Source: Eledone cirrhosa (lineage: Eukaryota). Taken from it: 64,000 bases of DNA. The stretch is taken from positions 22,940,001 to 23,004,000 of the forward strand of contig OZ024754.1 in NCBI GenBank assembly GCA_964016885.1, written 5' to 3'. A model generated the notes under the pieces. That model saw nothing but the letters and a program-made list of their open reading frames with translations, searched no databases and was not told where the DNA came from. Made by a program: the position numbers and the translations under genes. Shown here piece by piece: positions 27,329 through 43,708 of the stretch (its first letter is position 1; the number at the start of each line of letters is the position of its first letter).

Positions 27329-27961
27329 AATATGATAATAATGGAGCTGCGGCGTTGCAAATGGGTTACATATGAAAAAGTAAGTCCTTCATCAGTGGCC
27401 TTCCAACCGTCGTGGGCATTTCATCACTTTAAAGGCCATATACCTCAGGTTGGTGCGAACAACGGCTAAAAAAAGTCGTTGGGGCACGTAAATAAAGGGG
27501 ACGCTAGGGTGAACAAACAAAATGGTTTAAGCAACAGAAAGTGAGAAGAAAGAGACAAGTCCCAGATTTCTATGAATATAAACTCGGTGAAATCGTGAAC
27601 GAGAGAATAAAGACCATCAAACCTGGTTGAAATGTGAGCAAGGAAGGAATTTCGCACAGGTCTAACGGGAGGAAGAAGGGGTCTGGTCTGCGAATTCGGT
27701 AAACATAAGTTCTCTGAAGTCGCAGACGAGAGAGAGAGAAAAAAATTCATACCGGCTTGGCCAAGAGTGCGCGAGAAAAGAAATCGGACAGGTCAAACGG
27801 GAAGAAAGAGGAGGAGGAGGAGAGGTAGTGACAGAGAAGAGTGAGTGAAAGTTGAGGAAGAGGCTAACAGAGAGAGAGAGACTGCTAGCAAGGGTAAAGA
27901 TACAAAGAACGAAACAGACGGGTGGCAGCAGAGGAAAAAATATATGTGTAAATATGATAAT

Positions 27962-28151
27962 TATTTCTACTTTTGGCACAAGGCCAGCAATTACCCAGTG
28001 CATTACTGGTACTTTATTTTATCGACCGCGTAAGGATGAAAGGCAAAGTTAACCTCGGCGGGAGTTGAACTCAGAATGGCAAGGGCCGTAACTCTATGCG
28101 TCAAAGCATGGCGTCCGACCCTCTACCGATACTGCCAATCCACCTCCTTAA
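27962..28151 (-). mobile_element. tRNA-derived SINE (second family) with target-site duplication
   Basis: B box GAGTTCAACTCC on the minus strand; flanking direct repeat ATATGTGTAAATATGATAAT (27942-61, 28152-71). Confidence 0.8.
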
Positions 28152-28221
28152 ATATGTGTAAATATGATAATAATGGAGCTGCGGCGTTGCAAATGGGTTA
28201 CATATGAAAAAGTAAGTCCTT

Positions 28222-28299
<78 letters not shown>

Positions 28300-28300
28300 A

Positions 28301-28336
<36 letters not shown>

Positions 28337-28581
28337 TTGAAATAAAATGAAAACGAAATTTCATTTCTCACTCTTAGTACGGCACTTACTTAAATGTAAG
28401 TATGTGTGTATACGTACATACATATATGTATAAAGAAAAAAAAAAAAAAAAAAGGTGACGTGGTTGCCTTAACACCGTACGGCATAAAAATTCAGGGTGT
28501 TCAGTTTGTTTACAAACGAACAAAGCGGCGTTATAATAAGCGTCCGCTAAACTGATACGTGCATATATGTATGTGTACCTG

Positions 28582-28626
<45 letters not shown>

Positions 28627-28666
28627 AGCGTCCGCTAAACTGATACGTGCATATATGTATGTGTAC

Positions 28667-28702
<36 letters not shown>

Positions 28703-28887
28703 AAAGTTATATTTAAAATTGTTGGGTTACAACTAGTAAATATTTATAACTGATATAAAAGCACTCGACAAATATTTGGAGTATATTTACAATATTAAAT
28801 AAATGGAAACTATATTTATAAAACCATATTTATTTCATTATATATATTTCAGGGATATCATATTAACAATATGCTATGGCTTCCTCA

Positions 28888-29058
<171 letters not shown>

Positions 29059-29111
29059 TGCTACTGTGCGTCTGTATACATATATGTATGTACGTATACA
29101 CACATACTTAC

Positions 29112-29146
<35 letters not shown>

Positions 29147-29296
29147 GTGAAGGCGTGTGGCTGAGTGGTTAGAGAATTGGATTCGCAATCGTAAGGTTGT
29201 GAGTTCGATTCCTGGACCAGGCGATGCGTTATGTCCTTGAGCATATATATATATATATAGTTAAAAGAATAGAGGTGTAACACACAAGTTATTATG

Positions 29297-31089
<1,793 letters not shown>

Positions 31090-31100
31090 TATTTATATAT

Positions 31101-31339
31101 ATAGTATAAAGAAAACGAAAAATCAGTGATGCATCTGGACTTAATTTATTGCGTGTTACAATTGTTTCGCCGGCAGGTAGCTCGAGACTTGGTTCCTGTA
31201 TGGATCTGGCTGATTCTACCGTAGAATCAGCCAGATCCATACAGGAACCAAGTCTCGAGCTACCTGCCGGCGAAACAGTTGTAACACGCAATAAATTAAG
31301 TCCAGATGCATCACTGATTTTTCGTTTCCTTTATACTAT
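31101..31339. repeat. Near-perfect 239-bp palindrome centred at 31220
   Basis: ...GATTCTAC-C-GTAGAATC...; arms related to the repeat at 26800-26935. Confidence 0.92.
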
Positions 31340-31682
31340 CTACACTCTACTCTGCTGAATATCGAGTGCTAATTTTGGCATACCGCCTATGGAAGCACCA
31401 TAGCTACCATTATACACAACTATATATATATATATAATATATATATAATATATATTTATATATATAATATATATATATATATATAATATATATATATATA
31501 TAATTCAGAAGATCCGTTAAGGGTGAAAGCAGCGATTCTTTGCTTAAACTTTAATCTGTTATTTTAATAAATATTTGCTCTACAGTTCTTATATATTTGA
31601 TATATATTTATCCTTATCGAGCCCTCTTTGAATTTTAGTCTTCAAATTTATTATTATTACTATATAATATATATATATAATA

Positions 31683-32098
31683 TTCATTCTCAGCCCCACA
31701 CTCATCGACACAGTCTCAACCTCCCGCATCAAATCATCTGCCTCCTTCACTGTATTTGTCACCAAAACTATGTCGTCGGCAAATTCAACATCCGATATCT
31801 TTTTCGCCTTAACTCTCCTGCTCTGAGCCGGTGCTATAGTAAAGCCAGAGTCCTGGTGTTTCTCCAGTGCACTACGATGAGAAAAAGGTAGGGAGCCAAT
31901 GTATCTCCCTGGAGCACTCTAGCCAGTATCTCAAAGAACTCTGTCATCCCATCAGGTGTAATGACTTGGGCTTTGGTGTTGGTGTAGAGCAGTGATATCA
32001 GGTCCACTATCTTCTTGGGGATTCCATAAGCCTGTAAGATCTTCATCAGGCAGTGACGGTCCACAGAATGAAAGGCCTTCCTAAAGTCAATGAAAACC
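31683..32098 (-). mobile_element. RTE LINE RT fragment, near copy of 53293-53728
   Basis: KILQAYGIPKKIVDLISLLYTNTKAQVITPDGMTEFFEILA.VLQGDTLAPYLF. Confidence 0.9.
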
Positions 32099-32969
32099 TA
32101 TAATAAATTATAATAAATTATAGTTCGGTTTTCCCTGGAAGGTCGAACCTATATAATCACTTACTTAATATAATATATGAACAAATAATAAATTATAGTC
32201 CTGGTATATTATGATCAATACAGACATATATATAGCTGAAAACTCTGACTTCTTTAGGTTAATTATAAGACCTGTTAATACTTTAGGCACTATAACTATT
32301 TAACAATAAATTCTTTAATAGTTATAACTGTAAATATCTCATAAATTATATTATAGAAAATGTCAATGTTATAAGTAATTTTGATAAAGATTACCTTTGT
32401 GGAAATATCGAAAATTATATGTATATTTCCTTTCTTTCGAGGGCTCCGTAAATCCTTTAAATTTGTCTTCATAAAATTTTGAATTTTAGAAATTTAACAT
32501 AATTATATTATAATATTAATACAAATACCCATCAACTTTTAAAACCTAAAATTCTGATTCTTTACCCTGAAATAACATAAATTAAATATTTTGAAAATTA
32601 ACCGCCAAAACTATATATGAATATGTGTATATAGAAACTTGAGCATAAATTACTCCCCTTTGTCTCTCCCTCTCTTTATTTATCTGTCATTTGTCTTCTC
32701 AAGCTAAATATTAAATAAGTTATAACATCAGATACGTCTTCCTCTATGCCTTCCTCTCCCGCATATTTCTATAGTAGTTTTTTCTGTAACTGTTGCATTG
32801 AGGCCATGTATTTCTTAAAATATATTACTCACACTCTCTCTATTGATTCTATTACGTTTTCTCATGTTCTCAATATTAGGGTATAAATATTGAGTTTTCT
32901 CATAAGTTAATCACTACCTTGATTAAATCTTAACCATCTACCTTGTCGGGGTATGTCATGTATCATTTT

Positions 32970-33034
32970 ATTTTATCTGATGAGGACGTACTGTTGAACT
33001 TAATTCAGTACCTCTGAAATATGTATAATAAAAT
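32970..33034 (+). ncRNA. Type-I hammerhead ribozyme (family A)
   Basis: ATTTTAT-CTGATGA-GGACGTACTG...CAGTACCTCT-GAAA-TATGTA-TA-ATAAAAT. Confidence 0.8.
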
Positions 33035-33216
33035 TTAATTGATCACAAGAATATCTATTTTGTTAATATTTGAATTAATATATATATAATATATATATAT
33101 ATCATCATCATCATCATCATCTATATATAATATATATATAGTATAATATAATATATATATATAATATATATATAATATATATATATAATATATATATATA
33201 TAATATATATATATAT

Positions 33217-33405
33217 AATTGTTTCTACTTTAGGCACAAGGCCAGCAATTACCCAGTGCATTACTGGTACTTTATTTTATCGACCCTGTAAGGATTAAAG
33301 GCAAAGTCAACCTCGGCGGGATTTGAACTCAGATCGTAAAGGGACGTAACTATGCTGGAAAGCATGGCGTCCGACCCTCTACCGATACTGCCAATTCACC
33401 GCCCT
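33217..33405 (-). mobile_element. tRNA-derived SINE (second family)
   Basis: A/B boxes on the minus strand; same sequence as the 27962, 33726 and 37907 copies. Confidence 0.8.
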
Positions 33406-33725
33406 ATATATATATATATAATATATATATATTATAGATATATATATAACTCACATCCATAAGAGAGAATATATATATATATATACGCGATTCTTTAATT
33501 TCTTCAAATAACCAAAGTCTCACTCACGTATCAAATAACAAATATCTTAAAACGCACACAAGGATAATAATAAAAAAAAAAATGACTATTGACCAGCAAG
33601 CCCACAACGGACGAAATTGGTCTGAAAATGAAATTGACCTCTTAATAAACACATGGTTTTCTCTGTCACAAACATCAAACATTAACGCGTCATGTCTGAA
33701 TGAAATTGCTGAAAAAACAGCCCAA

Positions 33726-33913
33726 AGGGCGGTGGATTGGTAGTATCGGTAGAGGGTCGGACCCATGCTTTCCAGTATAGTTACGTCCCTTTACGGTCTG
33801 AGTTCAAATCCTGCCGAGGTTAACTTTGCCTTTCATCCTTACGGGGTCGATAAAATAAAGTACCAGTAATGTACTGGGTAATTGATGACCTTGTGCCAAA
33901 AGTGGAAACAATT
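33726..33913 (+). mobile_element. tRNA-derived SINE (second family)
   Basis: TGGTAGTATCGG A box, GAGTTCAAATCC B box, GTCGATAAAATAAAGTACCAG body. Confidence 0.8.
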
Positions 33914-36900
33914 ATCGCCATCACCATCTCCTGCCACATCTACAATTTCTGCCACACCAACTGCTAGTAATGGACCACTGCTCTCTCTCCCACCACAGTT
34001 GTCATCATCATCATCATCATCACCATCAATGCTCTCTTCCCCCACATCGCCACCACAGCCATGCCATAGTCAAAAGAACTATAAAAAAAAGTTCTATGGA
34101 GCCGTATGCACCTCCCACTACACATACTAGAAACCCCCAAATATGTCGCTACTCACTACGTCAGAGGCTATGCATACGTAGCGACTGTATACTTACCCAT
34201 TTACCGGGTACTAGGCGCACTAACACTGCCAGCCATCACCAAAGCACGCTGCCTGCACGTATAGGTCGCAGTCCCAAAATCTGCCAACATTCCCAACGTG
34301 AGAGGCTATGTCTGCTGACTGACTGTCCCTTCACTCATCTTCCTGGGACACAACGCACGAACAGAAAAGGGGCTTCATGCCAACCCACAAACCACAATAA
34401 AGCCACCCTCTGCTGCGGTAATGCAGCTCCAGTCTCCCCACAAAGACACGATTACAACAACAAAAACAACAAAAGTAATGCTGCTCCAGTCTTGTCACAA
34501 AGACACAATCACAACAACAACAAATGCAACAACAACAAAAATAACGCTGCTCCAGTCTTTTCACAAAGACACATTTACAACAAATTCAACAACAACAACA
34601 AAAGAGGGAACTGCAACCCTATCCAATGTTGTAACCACAAACCCAATCAAAAACTGCTCCCTGAACAAAAAAAAATCTTTCTTTTTTAGCCATGAACCTG
34701 GCAAAAGAGATAGAGAAAAACATTTTAGCCATCACCCAACACCAACCTTGCTGTCACTAACACACAATTACAAAACAAGCCCCCTGCAACAGTCAAAACC
34801 AGCCACCACACTAGCCTCCACATTCTTACTCAATACACAAGGCCCATCCATCAATGCACAGAAATGGAAGATCCAATTCATTGAGGATTTGGTTGCTAAC
34901 CATCCATTTCACACCCCCTTCTTCATTCTTACTGAGACCCACCTTGACAACTCTCACGTGGAGGCCGAAGTAAGAGTGAGAAATTTCACAACCATCCGTG
35001 CGGATCGTGTTGGCGGAAGGAAGGGTGGAACTGCCATTTTCCTGCATGATTCCTTTACGGCAGATGGCAACACAACATTCTCTAATGGATACTGTGAATC
35101 AGTCACTGTGCACAATAAAGCCAATGACTTGGTATTAGTTGGGCTCTATAGGCCACCACAAACACCCATAATCTGTTTCAAAGAATGCCTCAACAGTATT
35201 AAATGCTTTATTAAACAGTGCCATTCTAGCAACATACTTTTGATGGGAGACTTTAATCTACCCTGTGTCGATTGGTCTACATATAGTTTGAAACCAGGCT
35301 CCACAGCCTCAACCACTGACAAAGAGACTGTCGAGTCATTTCTTGACTTCATGAATGAGTTTTTCTTGTCCCAACTTGTCCTTGCACCAACGAGGCATCA
35401 GAAGAACATTCTGGATTTAGTGTTTAGTAACCACACTAACAATATACATAATATTACAGTGGAAAAAACCCTTCTCTCAGACCATGACATGGTTCTTTGT
35501 AACCTGAGATTCTACCAGCCGAAAACTAATCCCAGGGTCTTCTCTTCAGCCCACCCATTTGATAACATGGATCTCCACAATGCCAACTGGGATGCAATTA
35601 TGAACGAACTATCACATGTCGACTGGTCTTTTACACACGCACACACTTCCACCAACATCAAAACATCTTGGCAGATCTTTGTAGACACTGTCACAAATAT
35701 ATGTACAAAACACACCCCACCAAAACCTGTGAACAAAACCAAGTGCAGTATCCCCCAAAACAGAAAAACAATTATCAGAAAAATAAAAAGAACAAACAAA
35801 AAAATTAACACACTAAAATACTGCCAACAGCAACACACACATTCAATGGCTATCACCCTGCTTGAGTCAAAAAGATATAACCTCCAGCAATGCATGATGA
35901 CCATCATCAATAACCAGAGAATAGCTGAAGAGAGGTGGGCCATTGAGAAAATAAAACTCAACCCCAAAGTGTTCTTCTCATTTGCTAAAAAACACAAGGT
36001 CACCGTCTCCACTGTTGGCGAGATACTGCAGAAACAATACTGCTCTGTTTTCAGCAACCCTGATATGGCCGATCTGGGCCGTATCAGTGATATTAACCCC
36101 CAACACACTATATCAGACATAACGTTTGGCGCCCCTGGTGTCTTAGCGGCAATAAACAAAATTAAACACAATTCTGCAGTAGGCCCCCTACAAGTTCCCT
36201 GCCTGTGTCCTGAAGGTGTGTCGACACCAACTTGCAACTCCTCTTGCTAATCTGTGGAAGAACTCACTGGACACTGGCTATATTCCTGAAAACTTTCTGT
36301 CTCAGTCCGTTGTCCCAGTCTTCAAAAAGGGAAATAAGTCCCTTGCAGTGAACTACCGTCCGATCTCACTCACCACTCATATTATCAAGGTATTTGAGAG
36401 GGTGGTGAGATCACGAATAACCCACTTTCTTGAAAGCAACGGCCTTCTGAACTCCAACCAACATGGATTCCGTAATGGAAGGGACTACCTAATGCAGCCC
36501 CTGCATCACTTTGACGATGTTTTGAGAGCCTTGGGAGAGGGCTCCAACACTGATGTCATCTACCTTGATTTCAGCTTTGACAGGGTTGATCATAAGATTC
36601 TACTGAAAAAACTATCCAATGTTGGTGTATCTGGAAGGTTACTACAGTGGATCAAATGTTTCCTGACAGGCAGAACCCAGCATGTTGTAGTCGAAGGAGT
36701 AAAATCAAGCCCTGCCAAAGTCAGCAGTGGCGTCCCACAAGGCACTGTGTTGGGCCCACTTCTTTTCATCATCTACATTAATGACATTACTGACATCATC
36801 AAGCACAGCAACATAAGAACCTTCGCAGATGATTCCAAGCTCCAAAGAGTCATCATCAATGAGGTGGGTGACCGGACTTGCCTTCAGTCAGACCTACTGG

Positions 36901-37770
36901 CTGTTATCCAATGGGCAGAGATGAATAATATGCTGTTGAATGAGGATAAATTTGAACTAATCCACTTTGGAAAAAAGGATGCCCTGAAACTACCATACTC
37001 TCTTCCTTCGGGTGAAACTCTAGTGGCTTCCAATAACATCAGAGACCTGGGAGTAACTGTGGACAACATATAAACAGCAAAGTTGATATGGCCCGCAGAA
37101 TGTGTTCCTGGATTCTCAGAACTTTCCAGTCGAGAGATATCCACACCGTTGTCCTTCTCTTCTCCACTTTTGCCCGACCCCACCTTGAATACTGTTGTCC
37201 ACTGTGGTCACCCCACAAGAAACAAAGTGTCATGAAAGTTGAAGCACCCCAAAGGTCAATTACAAAAAAGATAGTTGGCATGACAGGCCTTGACTATTGG
37301 AGTCGATTAGAAAAGCTCAAACTTTATTCTCTTCAACGTCGCCGTGAGCGCTACATTATCTGTATGATGTGGAAAATATTCCATCAGCTTAGCCCAAATG
37401 ATGTTGGCATCAACTTTAGTGTACAGCCAAGGCTTCGGCCCCGTGCTATCCGCCCACGACAAAATTCCCACTCGCATCACATAACAATACGGCACAATTA
37501 TTTCACCTCAATTGGCCCTGCACTCTTTAACATTACACCAAAACACATCAAAGCAGAGACAGACCCCATCAAGTTCAAGAAGTCTTTGGATAAATTCCTT
37601 AAAGAAATCCCGGATAAGCCTCCTACACTCGGAGATGCCTCTGTAAACAACAACTCTCTGCTCGAGTGGGCCATGTGTCCAAACACTTATTTGTAAGACT
37701 TCGCCAGGTGGTGCTATTAAGTTGGCCTGGGCCAATACTGGCCGAAACCTATCAAAGTTATCAAAGTTAT
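33914..37770 (+). mobile_element. CR1/L2-group LINE retrotransposon, frameshifted (ORF1 with CCCH fingers; ORF2 APE + RT)
   Basis: APE motifs (LTETHL, GLYRPP, MGDFN, LDLVF, SDH) in 34421-36250. RT motifs (NYRPISLT, QHGFR, GVPQGTVLGPLLF, FADD) in 36216-37073. C-terminal LYSLQRRRERY in 37088-37696; (TATCAAAGT)n tail. Confidence 0.92.
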
Positions 37771-37798
37771 ATATATATAATATATATAATATATATAT

Positions 37799-37830
<32 letters not shown>

Positions 37831-37906
37831 ATATATATAATATATATAATATATATATATATACATAATATATATATATAATATATATATAATATATATA
37901 TATATA

Positions 37907-38081
37907 ATTGTTTCTACGTTAGGCACAAGGCCAGCAAATTACCCAGTGCATTACTGGTACTTTATTTTATCGACCCCGTAAGGATGAAAGGCAAAGTCAA
38001 CCTCGGCGGGATTTGAACTCAGATCGTAAAGGGACGTAACTATGCTGGAAAGCATGGCGTCCGACCCTCTACCGATACTGT
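37907..38081 (-). mobile_element. tRNA-derived SINE (second family), 5' truncated
   Basis: Near-identical to 33217-33405. Confidence 0.8.
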
Positions 38082-39305
38082 CATATATATATATAATATA
38101 TATATAATATATATATATATATAATATATATAATATATATATATAATATATATATATATATAATTTATCTATCTAAATTATTTTACTTACGACCTGTTGA
38201 TTTTGAGAATGTAAGCATTGTCTTCCATATTCCGCAGTCTTCCCAATCAGCAGTGTTTTTAAACTCTGAGATATGCTAGTCTACAATTCAAATTCCCCGT
38301 TTGTTTCTCTCGGATTTTCAATTAATATTTACATGTTTTTAAATGTTTGTCTCATTCTGTTGGACCCTTCCCAAATCAAATCCTTCTCCTAAAGTTACCC
38401 ATCGTTTGTTTCTCTCGGATTTTCAATTAATATTTACATGTTTTTAAATGATTTGTCTCATTCTGTTGGACCCTTCCTAAATCCCGCTTATTAATAATTA
38501 TGAGACCCTAATTAACAAAAAAAGTGAATTATTCTCTAATTGCCTCCATAAAGCTACGTCCACTTTTTTAGCCTCACATAAAACGAGAAAGAAAGAACCA
38601 ATAACAACTCGGTTACCAGGAATATATAATCAGCAGTAAAAAACATCAACGGCCTTTAATATTGCTTTATTTTATAACTATCTATAGAAAAAACAACGTT
38701 AGAATGAATGATAATATTTCAATTAGCATGCCTAAACATTGATACACACAACATTATTTGTCAACTTTGATCAACACCATCATTTTTTAAACTCATTATT
38801 TCTATCTATAATGTAGTACAATACCTAATCCTTGCATATTTATGGAATTTATTTAACTGTGAATTTTAAACATTTGTGATCTCTTTTAAATTTTAGTTTA
38901 ACACCCAATCCCCCACCAAACATTTTTTTTATGAAACTTATCTATAACTCCAAATTTTTAATGAGTTTTTGATCTATTATTTATAGTATAATATAGCATA
39001 TATTTCTTTTAAATATACTTACTGCACTATAAAATCTAAATTTTGAGACGGATTCAAACTTATATATAAATGTGAATTTTTCGCTGTACTTTCCATCTCT
39101 TATTTATTTATTTATTTATTTATTTATAATATAATGTATTATAATATATATGTAGTTATATATTTTATATATTTTTAAATATTTTAAAATATACCTACCA
39201 CATTTCTATATATATGATTCAAATATAGAGAAAATATCCAAACTAAAAATTATTATAGACATTATTTTGAACTCTATTTTATACATGCAGTCATTGTTTG
39301 TTTTT

Positions 39306-39353
<48 letters not shown>

Positions 39354-40214
39354 AATGTAACACGTTGATAAGAGTATAACTGTTATCATTTACCTAAAGT
39401 ATACTACACTAATAATACCTAATATATATCTATATATATATACATCCCTATATCTAATAATATGTTGATATCTTGGTTGAAGAATAATTAGTACATTTTA
39501 CACCTAGTTATACATATGTATATATTTATCCTTAACATATTTTATTTTTATCTTCGTCGGTATTATTTACCTTAAACATACTGGTTCATTAATATATACC
39601 TATATACATAATAGTTATTTAGATATTTATAACAATAAGTACTTCAAAAGCTTTAAATACCTAATATGTTGGTATATTTGTTAAAGTTTAGATTTAGGTA
39701 AATAATCAACAGTATAATATTTCATTCTTTATGTGCCAGCTAAATCCTTTAAATGTTATTCTCACAATTCAGGAGTTTAGAAATGATAACACACTTATCG
39801 AATTTATATAAATAATATATAAATAACTAGCAAATAATCCTGAAATCTGGAGTCTTCACCTTAATATTATAATATTATAAATTAAATATTTTCAAATCTA
39901 ACCGTTTAACTTTCGCCCCCCCCCCCCCCGCACACTTTATTTTTCCCTCCTTATAAATCTTTTTCCAGTGGCTATCACTGGCTGTTATGATTCATGAGAC
40001 GTTTTCCTAGATATATTGTAGTATCATACACTTTAAAATTTTAGAACACTTACAGTATGCAAGGTTTTTTCTTACTCACACATTCTCTAATGAATTTATT
40101 ACGTTTTCGCACTTTCACATAGATAAGATATAAATAAAATTTTCTATCGGGTTAATCACTACCTTGATTAAATCTTAACCATTTAACATCTCAGGGTATG
40201 TCATGTATCATTAT

Positions 40215-40267
40215 ATTTTGTCTGATGAGGACGTACTGTTGTACATCCGAAATATGTATAATAAAAT
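40215..40267 (+). ncRNA. Type-I hammerhead ribozyme (family A), canonical core
   Basis: ATTTTGT-CTGATGA-GGACGTAC TGTT GTACATCC-GAAA-TATGTA-TA-ATAAAAT; G-U wobble in stem I relative to the 32970 copy. Confidence 0.85.
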
Positions 40268-40411
40268 GTAATTGATCAAAAGAACATCTATTTCGTTAAT
40301 ACCTCCAGAAAATTATAATATTAATAACTCCAGAAAATTATTTTTTGTTGAGTGCTTCCAATCTACTGTAAAACTCATTCTTTGACATAATCATTGAATA
40401 TTGTTTAACAA

Positions 40412-40501
<90 letters not shown>

Positions 40502-41196
40502 CTGTATATATATGAACTTGTCATCACATGGTACCATGGGCCCAGCACTATGTGTCAGTAATTGGCACAATTACCAGAGTTTTCAAGTCGCTGGCTGGAC
40601 TAAAAAGTCACACTCGTTCAGCGCATCGGTAGGAGTTCTCCTACATGGATATCTAGTAGTGGCCGTACTCGAAAACGAGTTGGCAGCCACCATATATATA
40701 TATATATATGTGTGTGCGTATGTATGTATTTATATGCGTATGTGTGTATGTATGTATTTTTTATATATAAGTATTTACTTATATATATGTGTGTATATGG
40801 TTGTATGTTTTTTCTTCTCATGTATACGCGTGTGTGAATGTATTTTTTATTTATTTATATATTTTTATATTTAGATATTTTATTATATATGTATATACAC
40901 CTACATTTGTATATATGTACCTATACGTGTGGTTGAGAGTATATGCGCGCGTACGAGTGTGTATGCATGTGAGTATGTACATGTGTGTATATATGTGTGT
41001 ATATATATGTATGTATATGTATATATATATATATGTGTGTGTGTATGTGTATTTGTATGTATATACATATCTGTGTATATGTTTGTATTGTATATATACT
41101 TGTGTATATATTTCTATGTATATGTAGGTGTGTGTGTATTTGTTTATGTATGTGTGTGTATATATGTATTTATGTGTGTGTGTGTGTATATATGCC

Positions 41197-41268
<72 letters not shown>

Positions 41269-41631
41269 TGTATTTATTTTGTGCTTTTGCTTACCACGTG
41301 TGTTTGTTTATTTATTTTTATTGGTGTTTGTTTTCCTCTTTCGTATCGCTGTCAACTTGCTAATTTTTTATTTTTTATTTTTATTTCTTTATTTTTTAAT
41401 TTTTTAAACTTGACTTTATTTATTGATTTCTTGTATATGTATTTTGTTTTTGTATGGTGATGTGACTGCACATGGTCGTTCATTTATTTTTATATATTTA
41501 TTTATATAATTTAATATATATATATATATATATAATATGTGTGTGTGTATATGTGTATGTATATATATGTGTGTGTTTGTGTATTTATGTGTATGTGTAT
41601 ATATATTTATGTGTATATATAGATATAAACA

Positions 41632-41662
<31 letters not shown>

Positions 41663-41793
41663 ATATGTGTGTGTGTGTGTGTGTGTATATACTTATATAT
41701 TTATTATCTTTTTCTCTTCTTCCTTCAGCCTCTCTTTCCTATTCCTTATATTTTTGTTTTCAATATCCACATTCAATAAAAACACCAGGATTT

Positions 41794-41853
41794 TTTCATT
41801 CTGATGACTGAAAGCAGATTTGTTTGCTTTCAAGAAACCACTGGTAAATGAAA
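41794..41853 (+). ncRNA. Type-I hammerhead ribozyme (family C)
   Basis: TTTCATT-CTGATGA-C TGAAAGCAGA TTTG TTTGCTTTCA A-GAAA-CCACTGG-TA-AATGAAA. Confidence 0.85.
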
Positions 41854-42447
41854 TAATTATCTTATGTTGTTTATTACATATATATATATATATATACATA
41901 TTTTATATATATATATAGTGCAAATTCTTGGGAGTGGGGAACGACGTTTCGGGCAAAACCCCTTCTTCAGGAGTAAATAGGTTAGGAGGAGAGTTTCGAG
42001 GGTGTGTGGAAATACATTTAGAAAAAAAGGGGAAGGAGAACAAATAAAAATAAAAATAAACGTAAAAATAAACATAAGAATAAACAATAAGATGAACAAG
42101 TGGTGGGAGGGTGTGAGGCGTGTAAGAGTGGTGGCGGGTGGAGTAGGGAGAGGGAGGCGGAGGGTCGAGGCGGGGAAGGCTAAAGGTTGAGTTTGTGTAT
42201 GTGTGTAGGTGTACGTGACTGTGTGTGTGTGTGTATGTGAGAGGAAGATTGAGGTTCCATGTTAGGAAAAGGTGTGCATGGGGTGTAAGTCGGTGTGTGC
42301 GTGCGTGTGGAAGGAGAGGGGTCAAGGGGCGTATGGATTCCGGAGGTTGAGTGTGTATATGTGGGGGTACGCACGTGTGTGTTTGTGTTTATACGTGGTG
42401 TGGATATGGGTGGCGTGGTGCGAAAAAAATGTGAGTGTATGTGTATA

Positions 42448-42526
<79 letters not shown>

Positions 42527-42629
42527 AATATGTATATATATATACATATATTATATATATATGTATATATATACATATATTATATATATATATATATAAA
42601 TATATATGTATATATACATATATTATATA

Positions 42630-42734
<105 letters not shown>

Positions 42735-42776
42735 TATATACATATATTATATATATATATATATATATACATATAT

Positions 42777-42812
<36 letters not shown>

Positions 42813-42906
42813 CATATATTATATATATAAAAATAGCGGAGCAAGCGGTTATCAAACAATTCTCTAAATAAATTAAAAAACGATTTAAATAATCACCTGT
42901 TCTATT

Positions 42907-42987
42907 GCTGTTACCGACGGTTTCATCATTCCAAAAGATTGGAAATCCAGAGAATTTCCAATGGAAAGAAATTAATCTTCAGACAGC
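42907..42987 (-). ncRNA. Type-I hammerhead ribozyme (family D), mirror copy
   Basis: GCTGT-CTGAAGA-long stem II-GAAA-CCGTCGG-TA-ACAGC. Confidence 0.8.
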
Positions 42988-43627
42988 TTATTTCCACACT
43001 ATAAGGTTGCCAGCCCTACAGTAAGTAAATATTTCGCTTCCTGCCCAACGCATGCGGTCAAGCCGTTAAAATGACACACACGCAAAATCAGGTCGCAGAT
43101 AATAGCTGTTTATTATAAACGTGTTGATATTGCCATTAAAATTAGCAGCATTATTCTACGTTTTGTTCTCTACATAAAGAGAAAAATTATAAAAGTGGAT
43201 GAATACTTCAACAGGCACTATGTACTTGTAGAAATATGCAAGGTGTTTATAATATTTGTGGTTCGATGGTACTAATTATTTAGAGAATTGTTTGATAACC
43301 GCTTGCTCCGCTATTTTTATATTGTTCTGGTATCTCAAATTAGTACCATCGAACCACAAATATTATAAACACCTTGCATATTTCTACAAGTACATAATGC
43401 CTGTTGAAGTATTCATCCACTTTTATAATTTTTCTCCTTATGTAGAGAACAAAACGTTGAATAATGCTGCTAATTTTAGTGGCAATATCAACACGTTTAT
43501 AATAAACAGCTATTATCTGCGACCTGATTTTGCGTGTGTGTCATTTTAACGTCTTGACCGCATGCGTTGGGCAGGAAGCGAAATATTTACTTACTGTAGG
43601 GCTGGCAACCTTATAGTGTGGGAATAA

Positions 43628-43708
43628 GCTGTCTGAAGATTCATTTCTTTCCATTGGAAATTCTCTGGATTTCCAAAATTTTGGAATGATGAAACCGTCG
43701 GTAACAGC
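43628..43708 (+). ncRNA. Type-I hammerhead ribozyme (family D)
   Basis: GCTGT-CTGAAGA-T TCATT...AATGA T-GAAA-CCGTCGG-TA-ACAGC. Confidence 0.85.

Noticed and set aside
27380-27440. CTGATGA and GAAA on the minus strand as a type-II hammerhead
   Set aside because: Could not form consistent stems II/III or a UH cleavage site.
29148-29225. tRNA gene
   Set aside because: A/B boxes are present but continue into the SINE body; no convincing acceptor stem.
35512-36237. 241-aa minus-strand ORF
   Set aside because: Antisense shadow of LINE ORF2.
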